Assembly: GCA_050575255.1 (NCBI GenBank)
Contig: JBNZDD010013683.1
Coordinates: 1,959,455 to 2,023,454 of the forward strand
Reading direction: 5' to 3'
Length of the DNA: 64,000 bases
DNA from: Harriotta raleighana
Lineage: Eukaryota
A program made the position numbers and the translations under genes. The stretch's first letter is position 1. The number at the start of each line of letters is the position of its first letter. A model generated the notes under the pieces. The model had not been told where the DNA came from. It saw only the letters and a list, made by a program, of their open reading frames with translations, and searched no databases. Shown here in pieces: positions 52,350 to 64,000 of this stretch.

Positions 52350-52590
52350 GAAGAAAAATGTGACACATACTCTGTGAGATAAAGAGATTGAGGTTAATAA
52401 CTAATACAATCAACTCAGGGAGTGGGGGGTGGTGGTGGGGGATTAATAAGATACCAAGAATGGGGCGAGAATAAATTTGGAGTTCACTGTAGTTTCCGGA
52501 GGTAGAAAACTGTAAAGGGAGAAGGACAATAGGAATCCTATTCTGGAAACATGAGCTGATGAAAAAAAAACTGCTTCATTTTGGTTTTAA

Positions 52591-53013
<423 letters not shown>

Positions 53014-53039
53014 TAGCTGTACAGACGGAATTTAATTTG

Positions 53040-53125
53040 AAACAAAAACAGAAACGTTGGAAAACCGCATGATGTCGATCAGTTTTTTATAAAACAGCAA
53101 AGTTAACATTTTGGGCATAATGTGT
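53040..53125 (-). mobile_element. Degenerate Penelope-like terminus
   Basis: AAACAGAAACGTTGGAAA...GTTAACATTTTGGG resembles the 25674-25755 copy. Confidence 0.4.
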
Positions 53126-53460
53126 CAGCTTGGCTCAGTTAGTTGTACTCACACCTCCTGAGTTAAAAGGTTATGGTTTAAGCTCCATGTTGTTCTTCAG
53201 ATGAGTATTTACCTGAGGTCCTACCTGTCCATTTAGGTGGATGTTAAAGAACTTACGGCACTCTTCATGAAGAAAAGGGGTTTTCCCCCAAAAGTCCAAG
53301 TCAGAAATCCTTCAGATAAAATTGGTCAGTTTGTGACTCAGTCCTGTGCAAAAAAATAAACAGCTGACACATTGGTCTAAAAAATACCCATTTCCCAGTA
53401 AATCTTGTAAAATACGCGACACTTTCACGACGTGATAATATGCCAAATGTAAGGATTATT
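53126..53460 (+). mobile_element. Older DeuSINE-like element (SacSINE/AmnSINE-type Deu domain), degenerate
   Basis: tRNA-like head GGCTCAGTTAG; Deu-like TTCAGATGAG...GAGGTCC...AGGTGGATGTTAAAGA...GGCACT...GAAGAA; L2-like tail AAATGTAAGGATTATT. Confidence 0.6.
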
Positions 53461-53923
53461 CTAAACCTTAATCGGGACTCAGAAAGTGTGGATTTGGGGC
53501 TCCACTATATACCCTTGGAAAGTGAGACTTTGTAAAGCAAAGAAACTTTGGAGGAAATGTATAAAAAATATGAAGTAAGGAAGCAACTTAATGGGCCATT
53601 AACAGAGTGTGGAATGCTGTTAATGAGCAGCAGGGAAAAATAAAACCAACACAGATCAGGCAGGAACAACAGTAAATTTATAGCGAGGCACAGAACGAAA
53701 GCAGAGAGAAGAGGGAAAATCTGAGTGTGAATGAAGTCCAGAAACATATGAGTTGCATAAAGTTTTAAACTCTTGTCTAATATAAATAAGAAATTAAGGT
53801 TTTTTTGTCTTTTTATTTTGTGGGGCCACAATTACATCTCCCAGTAAGCTATGCTAGAACTTGCTTGGAGAAACGAAAGGTTATATAATTTTCCACCAAA
53901 TGCTTCCTTCTGATTTAAGGGGT

Positions 53924-54003
53924 TATATCAAATGCAAGGATTATTATTAATAGTATTATTATTATATCAAATGCAAGGATTCTCATCATCATTATTATTA
54001 ATA
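53924..54003 (+). mobile_element. Tandemly doubled SINE family A tail
   Basis: TATATCAAATGCAAGGATT occurs twice, each followed by an ATT/ATC tract. Confidence 0.75.
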
Positions 54004-54029
54004 ATGCAAACAAAACCTTTCCTCGTCAG

Positions 54030-54186
54030 GTGGGCTGGCCATTGACTGGATCCATGATAAGTTGTACTGGACAGATTCCGGGACCTCACGTATTGAGGTC
54101 GCAAATCTAGATGGGACACAGAGGAAAGTGCTTCTATGGCAGAATCTGGAGAAACCTCGAGCCATAGCACTACATCCAATGGAGGG
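54030..54186 (+). CDS. LRP4: LRP4 exon 13, beta-propeller 1
   Basis: tcgtcag|GT...GAGGG|gtgagt; 157 nt, phase 1-2; (G)[51 protein letters not shown]. Confidence 0.96.
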
Positions 54187-54859
54187 GTGAGTTATATAAT
54201 GTATGAATCCAATGCGTATCAGTTATAGCACCTATACACCCTATTGGTGTGCTAAGAGGTTGCGTGTATTTAGCACCACAATACAGTCCTTCAAGTGAAA
54301 TTAGATCGTACGAAATACTACAAATTATTAACAGATTGAAACCTCAAGCCTGTTATATAGTCTGCAGATTTTTTTTTAGTGGCTCATTGTTTCTAAACAT
54401 ACTTCGATCCCAAGGGTTGCCTCGACATGGTACACCCTGTCATTTGGGACCTGCTTCATGCACAGCAAATTGAAGGACGCTTTTGATGTTGCAGACTTAA
54501 GTTGCAGTGTCGCAGTGTCCCAGCCAAATCCACAGACGTATCTAATTGAGCGAGCCGGCTCAGCCATGCATACCAACCAAGATTAACTGGTTTGGTATCT
54601 GGTTTGGAACCCATAACCTAACTCCGCGTGTATTTTTTTGGTGGTGGTGGGGGGAGAGGGGGTGGTGTTTTACTTAATTCTTCAGATTTGGGGAGTTTGC
54701 TATTTTGGCAGTTGAGTCCCGCTGATTCAGCTGCCCTTTTTATTGGGCTGTGAGTGTGCGGCGCAGGATTTTAAATAGCTTCTGCAGCTGGCATGACCGT
54801 GTCATTAGCTGTGACCCAGCATTGGTCTCTTGTCTCAGCTGTCCCGTTTTGTGCTCATT

Positions 54860-54993
54860 ATCCTAACTGTCCAAGCCTCTGATTCTTAATCCATCTTCAA
54901 TTTGGTTGTGCTATGTGTTGGTTAACTTGGTCGATTTGTTTCCAGGCCTTCATCCATCATGTAAGGTGCTTTAGAAATGCAAGTAGTTGTTGC
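54860..54993 (+). mobile_element. L2-type 3' tail fragment
   Basis: Ends GTAAGGTGCTTTAGAAATGCAAGTAGTTGTTG. Confidence 0.5.
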
Positions 54994-55671
54994 AATCTTC
55001 CTCATCGCTGGGATAATCCCACCATTGGGTGGGTGGAAGGGTGAATTGGGTGGATGCAAGTATAAACTGGGTGAAAGCAAACATTTCTGGCGTTCAGGAA
55101 CACTCGACTGATAATTTTCAGGGAGGGAAGGTTAATTTGTGCAAAAACATGAGGCAAATTACCCATTAAATAAAGCTGCTGAAACACACTTATCTTACAC
55201 AAGTTCAGTTCCTCTCAAAAATGAAATGAACTGAAGCAATTTTGATTTATAACAGTTGTTTTCAATTGCTGTTTTATCTTGTTTTTCAATTACCGTTTTC
55301 TCTTTTGTAAAATCAGTTGTACTTTGTCCCATTGGAATGTATGGACACATGATATTGAAAGCAAAAAAAAGCAAAACAAAAAGACACTATTTTTCCTGAT
55401 GTATGCTGTGTTCTCAACTTGCTCCTAATTACAGTTCTATGTTATATTTCAAAATGATAATTTTGCCAGCCTTCCCTAAAGAAGCTTGCATTGTGTAGAG
55501 CATTTTTTGGAGTTTTTCCAGGAGTTTTTTTGTTAAAAAGTTGGAATTTTTTAAGGAAGGCTATCAAAATTATCGGTGACGTGAACGTAATTTTGTTATT
55601 GTGGTTGTGGTTGATATTTCCAAAATTTGGTATTTTATTTGTTTGGTACTTTGCCTGTGTTTTTTTTACAG

Positions 55672-55889
55672 TACTATCTATTGGACTGATTGGGGTAATA
55701 CACCTCGGATAGAGTATGCAGCCATGGATGGATCCAACCGCAGAATCATAGCAGACACTCATCTCTTCTGGCCCAATGGACTTACCATCGATTACGCAGG
55801 ACAAAGGATGTATTGGGTGGATGCCAAACATCATGTGATTGAACGTGCTGATCTCGATGGACAGAACAGAAAGGCAGTGATCAGCCAAG
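55672..55889 (+). CDS. LRP4: LRP4 exon 14, beta-propeller 1
   Basis: tttacag|T...CAAG|gtgtgt; 218 nt, phase 2-1; [72 protein letters not shown]. Confidence 0.96.
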
Positions 55890-56859
55890 GTGTGTAGTTT
55901 ATCATATTACTGCTATAGCAGTGAATTCCTATGTTACATAAAAGCGTGATTTTTATTCAATAGATTTTGTGTCTTTTATATTGTAACAAACTACGTCAGA
56001 CTGTCTTGCTGCATTGCTAGATCACTGTTCTTTCAAAATATTGGAGAACTGATTTATTTTCGATTGTCTCACTGAAATTGCAAAGTTACTTGAAAGATCA
56101 ACTTGTGAAAGGTAAGTGATAGTAGGTAATAGGAGAAAAAGTAATAGGAGAAAAATAGCTGACTTGGTAACTTCTCTCTGGAACAAAGTAATAGTGAGTG
56201 CATTTAGTCTCCGGCTCTGAAACACTGACCTTGTCCAAGTCCATGCAATCTAAGTAAATAATTGTGGAACAACATCCATTTTGAGTGTGGCAAATATCTT
56301 ATCGCGGAGCTAAAATTTTTACCGCATTAAATATAGTTCACCCAACATTTAAAAAAAAGTGGGAGCCATTGTAATACAATTATAAGTGTAACAAGTTTCA
56401 ACACAGTCTGCAACCTCCTTTCTTCATTGTGTACTGCAATTGACCCAACGTAATCTTCCCTCCTCTGAATTATATGACATTTCTGCCACCTGGTGTGTCA
56501 GGTGTGTTTTAAACCTGCATTGCAATTTTTTTGCAGTGTGCGGATGAATAATTTGCATTAAGCTACCAAGCTTGTGTGTTTTTTCACACTCGCTTCCGCT
56601 TTGTCCCAGATGGTGTCGGATCATTTCCCTACAGCTCTCTCTGCGTGAAGGGCAGCATCTCGGGGTGCCAGCTCCTCTGCCAGCACAGCTTGGGAGCAAC
56701 CTACAAATGTATAATTTGTAATGAGACAGGCTGGGCAGTGTCAAGCTTCCCCTGCTGCGAGCTGAAACGCACACTGTCATAATAGTGTTGTTGGAGAAAC
56801 TTTGGCTGGTGGCTACAGCCATCTGGATAAACATTTGGTTAGATTTATGTTTACGCAGC

Positions 56860-56883
56860 GAGAGAGAGAGAGAGAGAGAGAGA
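56860..56883. repeat. (GA)n microsatellite
   Basis: Directly visible. Confidence 0.9.
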
Positions 56884-58252
56884 AATAACCAGGTCATGGG
56901 TAGCCTGCAGACATGTATGTGATTCTGAGTTGGTTTGAGGCCAGATTGTGTGAAAATGTGTAGAGGGTCATTTATTACTGACTACAAGTCAGCAAGGAGA
57001 GTATATACTTGATGTCTGGTGAAGATCCATTGTTTATGTAATATATATGATCCACTTTCTCTCACTTCCCTTCCCTACCCATTCTGTTCATAAAATGGAT
57101 GGCTTTGCATCAGATGACTGGAGTGCAGTGTATTATATCCAAACTTAACACAAGACAATGCATTATTGTCTTTTCAATAGTTATTTATGTCTTTGTTCCT
57201 TGCTCTCGTGATGGGCACATCTCACACCCCTGTTTGCACCGGTTCAGAGCACGGAAGGTACACACCTCTGGTTGGCAGCTGTCAATGAGACGACGCCAAG
57301 GCATCATAAAAGACATGTACTGTAGATGTCACGTGTTGGAAGATNTCAAGGTTCTCCTCCTGCCACACCTCTGGTTGGCAGCTGTCAATGAGACGATGCC
57401 AAGGCATCATAAAAGACATGTACTGTAGATGTCACGTGTTGGAAGATGTCCAGTTTTTCCTCGAGGAGAATTTTATTGAAACAATCCCACCAATCGGTTG
57501 AGCCATTCCTTCACAAATGCACCTGGAACGGAAATATACACATGGGAAATGCGCCTCGATAGACTTCAGAGAGAGACGTATAATTATTTGGAAAACTTTT
57601 TCTTGCTTTCGTGCCCAAGGACGTTCTTTTCCGACCCTTTGACATCAATATTGAGCTCCTCCACCTGCCTAAACCCTGGGTTCACGTTTCTTTTGTGAAC
57701 TTGTTATTTCCATCTTGACAGACGCCCCTATAAACAAGTAGCTGGCGAATGATCTGTGGTCCACAATCCCTGTGAAGTGGGTTTGTTTGGATGCAAATTT
57801 TGAGTTGCATGCAGGTGGTTTGCTTGTCGAAAGCATCAACTGCAAGGAATGCTGATGCTATGCTATGAAATATACAACAACTGGCTGAATCATTAAGTGC
57901 CCGGTGAGGTTAGGTTAAAACAAATTCAAATTATGCAACTCTTCCACAGATTGAAGTCCAACAGTATTTTGCAGACGCTACTGTTGCTCTGAGCAGGGCT
58001 GCTGGGCAGTCTACCCGCTTCCCTAAGTAGTTCTGATGCTTCCGGAATATTCTAGACCAGAAGAGAGAAATCCAGNCGCTACTGTTGCTCTGAGCAGGGC
58101 TGCTGGGCAGTCTACCCGCTTCTAGTAGTTCTGATGCTTCCGGAATATTCTAGACCAGAAGAGAGAAATCCAGACAGTGTAGTCTTTCCCTGATAAGCCA
58201 GTTTGGTCTGGAGGTTGTGGAGCTTATTGAGTAACTCTCATCAGTATAGCGA

Positions 58253-58455
58253 AATAATAATAATAATAATAATAATTCTTGCATTTGACATAGCGCTTTT
58301 CACATNATCAGTATAGCGAAATAATAATAATAATTCTTGCATTTGACATAGCGCTTTTCACATCTTCTAGACATCTCAAAGCACTTCTATACTGTATACT
58401 GGTTGAAACTGTATACTGTATACTGGCAGCCAATTGTGCAAATAGAGTTGTGAGA
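58253..58455 (-). mobile_element. SINE family A, 3' fragment (tail doubled across an N)
   Basis: Tail motif match. Confidence 0.82.
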
Positions 58456-58660
58456 TGTGTCCATCATGAGGGCAAGGAATTTATAATTTTCCCATATTTA
58501 GAGCAAAGTTGGGAGTTTAGGGTTAAATGGTTTGAGGTTTCAATTGAGTTCTTACTCAAGAGTTCATATATCACTGGACAAACATTAAGTACAATGATGT
58601 AGTGCTTTTATTGGATTGTCTCTGGAGTTTCTCTGTGGTAATTTAATATTTAATCTTTGA

Positions 58661-58864
<204 letters not shown>

Positions 58865-59684
58865 TAACAACATCCTTCATTATCCAATGCAATAAGGGGT
58901 AATTGATAACCCTATGAAAGATATGCAGTATTCAGCTATTTGATCAATTCCAGCCAGGAACCTGAGAAGCCCTGGAGGAAAAAAAAGTAAAGCGTCCAGA
59001 GATAAAGAGCTCACCAATAATGTTTCTATAGCTTGAGCCTAGTTAGCTTCTTTGATCTTCAGGTCGCTGCTATCAGAAGATTAAATGAAATTGGAATTCC
59101 CCATCGCTAACTCAGAGACTTGCTAACACTGAACATTTTGGAGAGAAGAACTTGCTATGTATTCACTGAGACTCCGGTCATTATTACTTGTCAAGTGAAG
59201 TAAATCACCAAACTGTCTTGGGACAAATTGTCTTAAGAATGGCACACAACTACCCTTTTGTGTAATTTAAAAAAATTTACATCTGTGTGTGGTTCTGGGT
59301 CAACAAACATCATTTTAAGATGAAATGTAATAATAAACACAAGACAAAGTATTCAGATTAGTATTATACTGGGAGGGTTTTTGACCAAACTCCATTTCCC
59401 CTTCAACCCTCACTCTCATACACCACCTTTCCACTCACTCTCTGCCAACATCAGCAAATTTTGGGGGGATTGTTTGCTATTGGCTGAAGGATTAAAGTGG
59501 ACATAATTATCTTGTAAATTGTTGTGAATAGCCCAGTTATTTTACTGACCAGTGAAAATCCCCTACTCCAGATCCATTCACTGTCAAGATTTTGTTTGTC
59601 CCAGTGATTCAATCCTTAAGAATGTCCTCAATCAGTAACAAAATGTTGATTGCAGATCGTCTCAGGAGAAAAAACTCAACTAAC

Positions 59685-59701
59685 TATTGCCACCTGCTGG
59701 A
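59685..59701 (-). promoter_or_regulatory. Candidate CTCF site
   Basis: TATTGCCACCTGCTGGA fits the reverse CTCF core; motif match only. Confidence 0.4.
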
Positions 59702-60668
59702 TTTAAAACAAACTCATCCAAACAAACTATAACTAACTTTATACAAATTATTGTGAAGCCATTACCTGAGGAACTTGGCAAATCATAATAAAGCATAACT
59801 TCGAGCCTCTCACTCTCTTTCTCTCTCTCTCTTCAGAAGCATAACAAACTATTAAAGCACATGAGTTACTCTATATATGTTGTGCTTTCCAAAAGCTATT
59901 CATTTTCTTCCATCGGGAAGGGTTACTTTAGTCCAATAAGATGACCGTCAGCACAGTACTGCAGAAATAATTAATTTAACTTGGTGGGAACGCTGCCATC
60001 AATGTGTAAAATAAAACTAATACTGCACTGGAAATAAATTACTTCAGTGCCTGAGTTATCCAAACAAAGTCCACTGTTTAATTTTATTTTTAAAAAGTAC
60101 ACACAAGGAGGTTTACTCAGCTTTACAATATGGACAGTGATCGTTGCAAAATTTTGACGTGACTCAGTCGCTGTCTCTAGTGTGATGCAGCTGCGGACCG
60201 CCCAAGTCCATTTATTACGTTTATCAAAACATTTGCTGATGCACAAAGGCTTTCTTGTCAAGGCCACTGAGATTGATTCCTAATGGAACAGAAAAGCAGC
60301 TCATGAGAGTGAAGTCAAATCCAAGGGCCATATCACCAGAGTCAGTCTTGCCCTTGCTACAGAATTAATGCAGTCTTTTACCTGGGCTGGCTGTGGACTC
60401 ATTCAAGAAAACTCTGAAATATATATCCACATTTTATATCCCAGGTCCAGGGTTTATCCAAATAATTGGCCACTCACTCCACAGCTCTTTGTGGGACATT
60501 ACTCATCGGCTGCCACATTCGTCCACAAAAGTATAATCTCCGCACTTGGCAGTATATTTTCCGTGATGCCCTTTGGAGACATGATGAGGCTTGCAGCAAA
60601 TGTCTTGAGTATTCTTTTGTGTTTGCCGATCCTTACGCTGCGTGTTGTACTGTTTGCTATTTGAGCAG

Positions 60669-60791
60669 GGACAAACCACTGTGGGATGAATAACGGAGGT
60701 TGCAGCCATCTTTGTCTTCCCAGCAACACCAACTTTACCTGTGCTTGTCCAACTGGCTTCAAGAAGATCGACGCACACAGCTGTGCCGGAA
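60669..60791 (+). CDS. LRP4: LRP4 exon 16, EGF-like 3
   Basis: tgagcag|GG...GGAA|gtaagt; 123 nt; (G)[40 protein letters not shown]. Confidence 0.95.
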
Positions 60792-61310
60792 GTAAGTAAA
60801 AGCATGTGCGCTGTGTGTCTGTTCTAATTTACGCCAGGCAGGCAGACGGGCGGGCAGGTGGGCAGGTTTAAAGAGCCTGAAAAAATCACTTTTATCTCTC
60901 TTCATTTGTCGAGGAAGAATTTTAACTCGCCAAACTGGACAACCTCAACTTTTTTCTTTTTTTTTGTGGAATAATTTGGAATCAACTGTTTTTGTGCCCA
61001 GCGGAAAAGGGAGAGGNTGACAAACTGGACAACCTCAACTTTTTTCATTTTTCTTTTTATGGAATAATTTGGAATCAACTGTTTTTGTGCCCAGCGGAAA
61101 AGGGAGAGGATCTAAGCCACATCCTCTTGTGAACTGCTGGAGAATAGCTTGGGATGGGGGTTGTGTGTAGCCTCTCCACCTCAAGCATCTTCAGTGTATT
61201 GCTGAGGTTGTGAACTCCGTGCTTGGGGAATCGCAGGCACATGTTACAATTAAACTATGGTGAATCAAAAAACCGTAAGCCAGCCCAATAGCCTTGGCTT
61301 TACGTACAAT

Positions 61311-61490
61311 ATAATAATAATCCTTGCATTTGATATACTGCTTTTCATGTCTTCTACAACAAAACAACAACAAAATTACATTTGTCGAGTGCCTTTCACA
61401 TCGGGATGATGTCCCAAGGTTGCTGAAAGACGTCTCAAAACACTTCACAGAATATTACCGTAAAATGAATTGAAAATATACATGTGGGCA
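61311..61490 (-). mobile_element. SINE family A, 3' fragment interrupted by an L2-type tail
   Basis: SINE consensus TCTTCTA|GACGTCTC is split by a ~70-nt insert beginning with (CAA)n. Confidence 0.8.
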
Positions 61491-62525
61491 TATATTATGT
61501 ATAATATATCTTATCAGATCAGAAGAGTAAATTGAACAAGTCAAAACTCAAATCACTCATCCACCAACACAAATAATGTATTTTGTTGTTCTAAATTTTT
61601 GGAATATAATAAATTTAAATGCAAACTCCAGTGGTAATGGTTGTTAATGCGTTGCTGGATTCTGTACACATCGGGAGTGTGGTTGGTACCATACGGCACA
61701 GTTATTTCCCCCCCAAAACAATAAGAGTCCCAATTACTTGCTTTGATCAGCAAACAGAAATGTCTTAGTTCCTGCTGTTCCTGGGAATTTGTAATGGTAC
61801 AAAGGGCAAACTTTTGCAATAAAGATAAAGGGGGTGGATTGTTTTAAGAGAAAAGCCAGTCTGAAAACCAGATGCATTTGGTTCTCTGTAGTTTAAAAAC
61901 AGAAAGCCCAGCACTGAGAATAATGAAACCAAAAGCATAGCTAATCACTATACGGGGTGTGCATTTGAACTATTTGTGGTAGTACAGCATGAAAAAAAAA
62001 TGTTTGGGTATTTCAGATAATGTAAGGGTAATATTTCCTCGTCTGTTGATGAGTGGTATGACTGGAAAAAAAACAAAAGTGACACAGAAGCAAATTGAGT
62101 TTAAATCAAATTGATGATTTTGCAAAATATGGTGCCGTTATCCATGTTAACTTGATGACACTTTAATAACTCAAATCGTTATTCTCACAAAGTCACAATG
62201 TGTTGGAATGAATTATTCAACACGACGTTTTTGTGGCGTGACATTCCAAATACTAGGAGAGGTATCGAGTGGAAGGAGTTCCGATACCTTTGGGATCAGG
62301 TCGAGTACAGCTGCATTTGCTGCTCAAATTGGTTAAAGTGCATTTGTGAGGGAGGACAACGCCGACACTCGCCCGGGTGTCAGTATTGACACTGGGCGTA
62401 AAATGATGGACTGATGTGTATGTGACTGTAAAGCTGTGCGTGTAATAAATGGTTACGTTTAGAAGAAGTTGTATGTGATTTTCTTGAACTTAGCAGTGAC
62501 AAGAGACCTTTCGGCCTTTGATCAG

Positions 62526-62734
62526 GTCTTGACAAGTTCCTGCTTTTTGCTCGAAGGACGGACATCCGTCGCATCAGCTTTGATACAGAGGACAGGTCCG
62601 ATGATGTCATTCCACTGGCTGATGTGCGCAGCGCTGTTGCACTTGACTGGGATGCCAAAGGGGAATACATCTATTGGACAGATGTTACTACAGACTCGAT
62701 CAACAGAGCTAAGTGGGATGGAACAAATCAGGAG
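62526..62734 (+). CDS. LRP4: LRP4 exon 17, start of beta-propeller 2
   Basis: tgatcag|GT...GAG|gtatgt; 209 nt, phase 1-0; (S)[69 protein letters not shown]. Confidence 0.96.
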
Positions 62735-62999
62735 GTATGTTCACGGGCCTGTCCCAAGTTCAGAGACTTCTCTCCACTGGAAAAGTTAAGGCAGGTTAAT
62801 CTTGTAGAGAATGGACACTTTTTAATCAAACCTATGATAATGTTGCGAAATGATTTTAAAAATATCCTCTTCCAGAGCCAGGTAAATATATTTGAAGATA
62901 TACAAGCTGAAAAGACATGATAGTAGTAGTAATAATACAGTAATAAGAAGAATAACTCAAAAGGAGGATGGGAAAATAGATTTACTAGGATTATACTGA

Positions 63000-63350
63000 A
63001 AGGCGTTTATTTCACCGATGGAGAACTCTTTGAAATTGTGAGGGGTATTAGAGTCATTTCAGAGAAATGAATTTCCCTGTTCAGTGACACAGTGACTGGA
63101 GGGCATTGGTTTGAGAATACCAAAGGAACAAAGGTTAGAAGGAATTTGTTTACCCAGAGAGTTAGTTGTTGAGGTGTGGAATACACTGCCGGGAGCAGTG
63201 GTTAAGGCAGAATTCAATTTTGCTTTCAAAAGGGAATTAGATATCTAAACGGGAGTAATTTAAAGGCCTATGAGATTGAATGGATTGCTCTTTCAAAGTG
63301 CCAGTACCAGCATCACCAATTGAATGTCCTTTGCTGTAAAGGTGTATGGG
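63000..63350 (+). mobile_element. CR1 LINE 3' fragment, degenerate
   Basis: GTTAGAAGGAATTTGTTTACCCAGAGAGT...GTGTGGAATACACTGCCG...TTTCAAAAGGGAATTAGATA. Confidence 0.75.
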
Positions 63351-63408
63351 TCGATGCTGCAGTTCACTGCTCTCCATCTGACAGTCATTTCGATTAATTT
63401 TCTTTCAG

Positions 63409-63490
63409 ACTGTGGTGGACAGCAGCCTGGAGAGTCCTGCAGGGCTAGCCGTTGACTGGGTAACAAACAAACTTTACTGGACTGATGCAG
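63409..63490 (+). CDS. LRP4: LRP4 exon 18, beta-propeller 2
   Basis: ctttcag|ACT...GCAG|gtaata; 82 nt, phase 0-1; [27 protein letters not shown]. Confidence 0.96.
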
Positions 63491-63741
63491 GTAATAATAC
63501 CATGAATGATATGATTAAAGTGTGGGCTAATGTAGAGCAAACATAGAAACGCTGAATAAAGCCTTAATAGATCGGATCATTTTTATTACACGCGGCTGAT
63601 TGCATAAAGGTATATGAAAGGGTGAATTGTGGCTTGTGAATCCATGTTCGAACCAGTTTGCTGTGTCTCTACACCATGCAAAGATATTATCTGATGTTTG
63701 GCAAACCCCAATATTAATCTTTCACTTTGCATTTATTTCAG

Positions 63742-63847
63742 GTACCGACAGAATTGAGGTCTCGAATTTAGATGGCAGTATGCGGACAGTGCTCATCTGG
63801 GAAAACCTAGACAGACCCAGGGATATTGTGGTGGATCCCATTGGAGG
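63742..63847 (+). CDS. LRP4: LRP4 exon 19, beta-propeller 2
   Basis: atttcag|GT...GGAGG|gtatgt; 106 nt, phase 1-2; (G)[34 protein letters not shown]. Confidence 0.96.
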
Positions 63848-64000
63848 GTATGTTCACTTGAAATTAACAATCAGTGTGACCATTAAGCTGTTGAAAAACA
63901 GAATATTTTAGATCCAACTCTTATGGATTTGTTACTTACGATGCGTGGTATATTTTATGTTCCATTCATCTTAATGATTCAGTAAATGGAAGCCAAAAGC

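Noticed and set aside
56126-56155. 15-bp exact tandem repeat GTAATAGGAGAAAAA x2
   Set aside because: Ordinary slippage duplication with no further structure.
60663-60668. NAGNAG alternative acceptor (GAGCAG) at exon 16
   Set aside because: GAG is rarely used as an acceptor; CAG gives the expected junction.

Overview
This is eukaryotic (vertebrate) genomic DNA. The repeat content (Deu-type tRNA SINEs with L2 tails, shark-type CR1 ends, Penelope termini) points to a cartilaginous fish, plausibly a holocephalan such as Callorhinchus; that assignment is inference. The whole window lies inside one + strand gene, LRP4 (LDL-receptor-related protein 4, the agrin/MuSK co-receptor and sclerostin/Wise-binding Wnt modulator). 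I read 18 coding exons, equivalent to human exons 2-19, all with AG/GT boundaries. They splice into one uninterrupted 2566-nt frame encoding 8 LDLa repeats, 2 EGF modules, YWTD beta-propeller 1, EGF3 and the start of propeller 2. Exon 1 (signal peptide) and the 3' half of the gene are outside the window. Introns hold about 17 copies of a young tRNA-headed SINE, L2 and CR1 LINE fragments, two Tigger/pogo-like MITEs, an older repeat family and Penelope-like termini. Six near-identical duplications sit across N gaps and are most likely unmerged haplotypes. I see no clearly new multi-gene system. The best leads, all needing computational or expression confirmation, are: an in-frame cryptic exon in intron 14 encoding an EGF-like cysteine pattern, a C/D-box/K-turn RNA candidate in intron 1, a Penelope hammerhead-ribozyme relic, direct repeats bracketing exon 4, and candidate RFX/CTCF sites. 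Repeat boundaries are approximate, read by eye.
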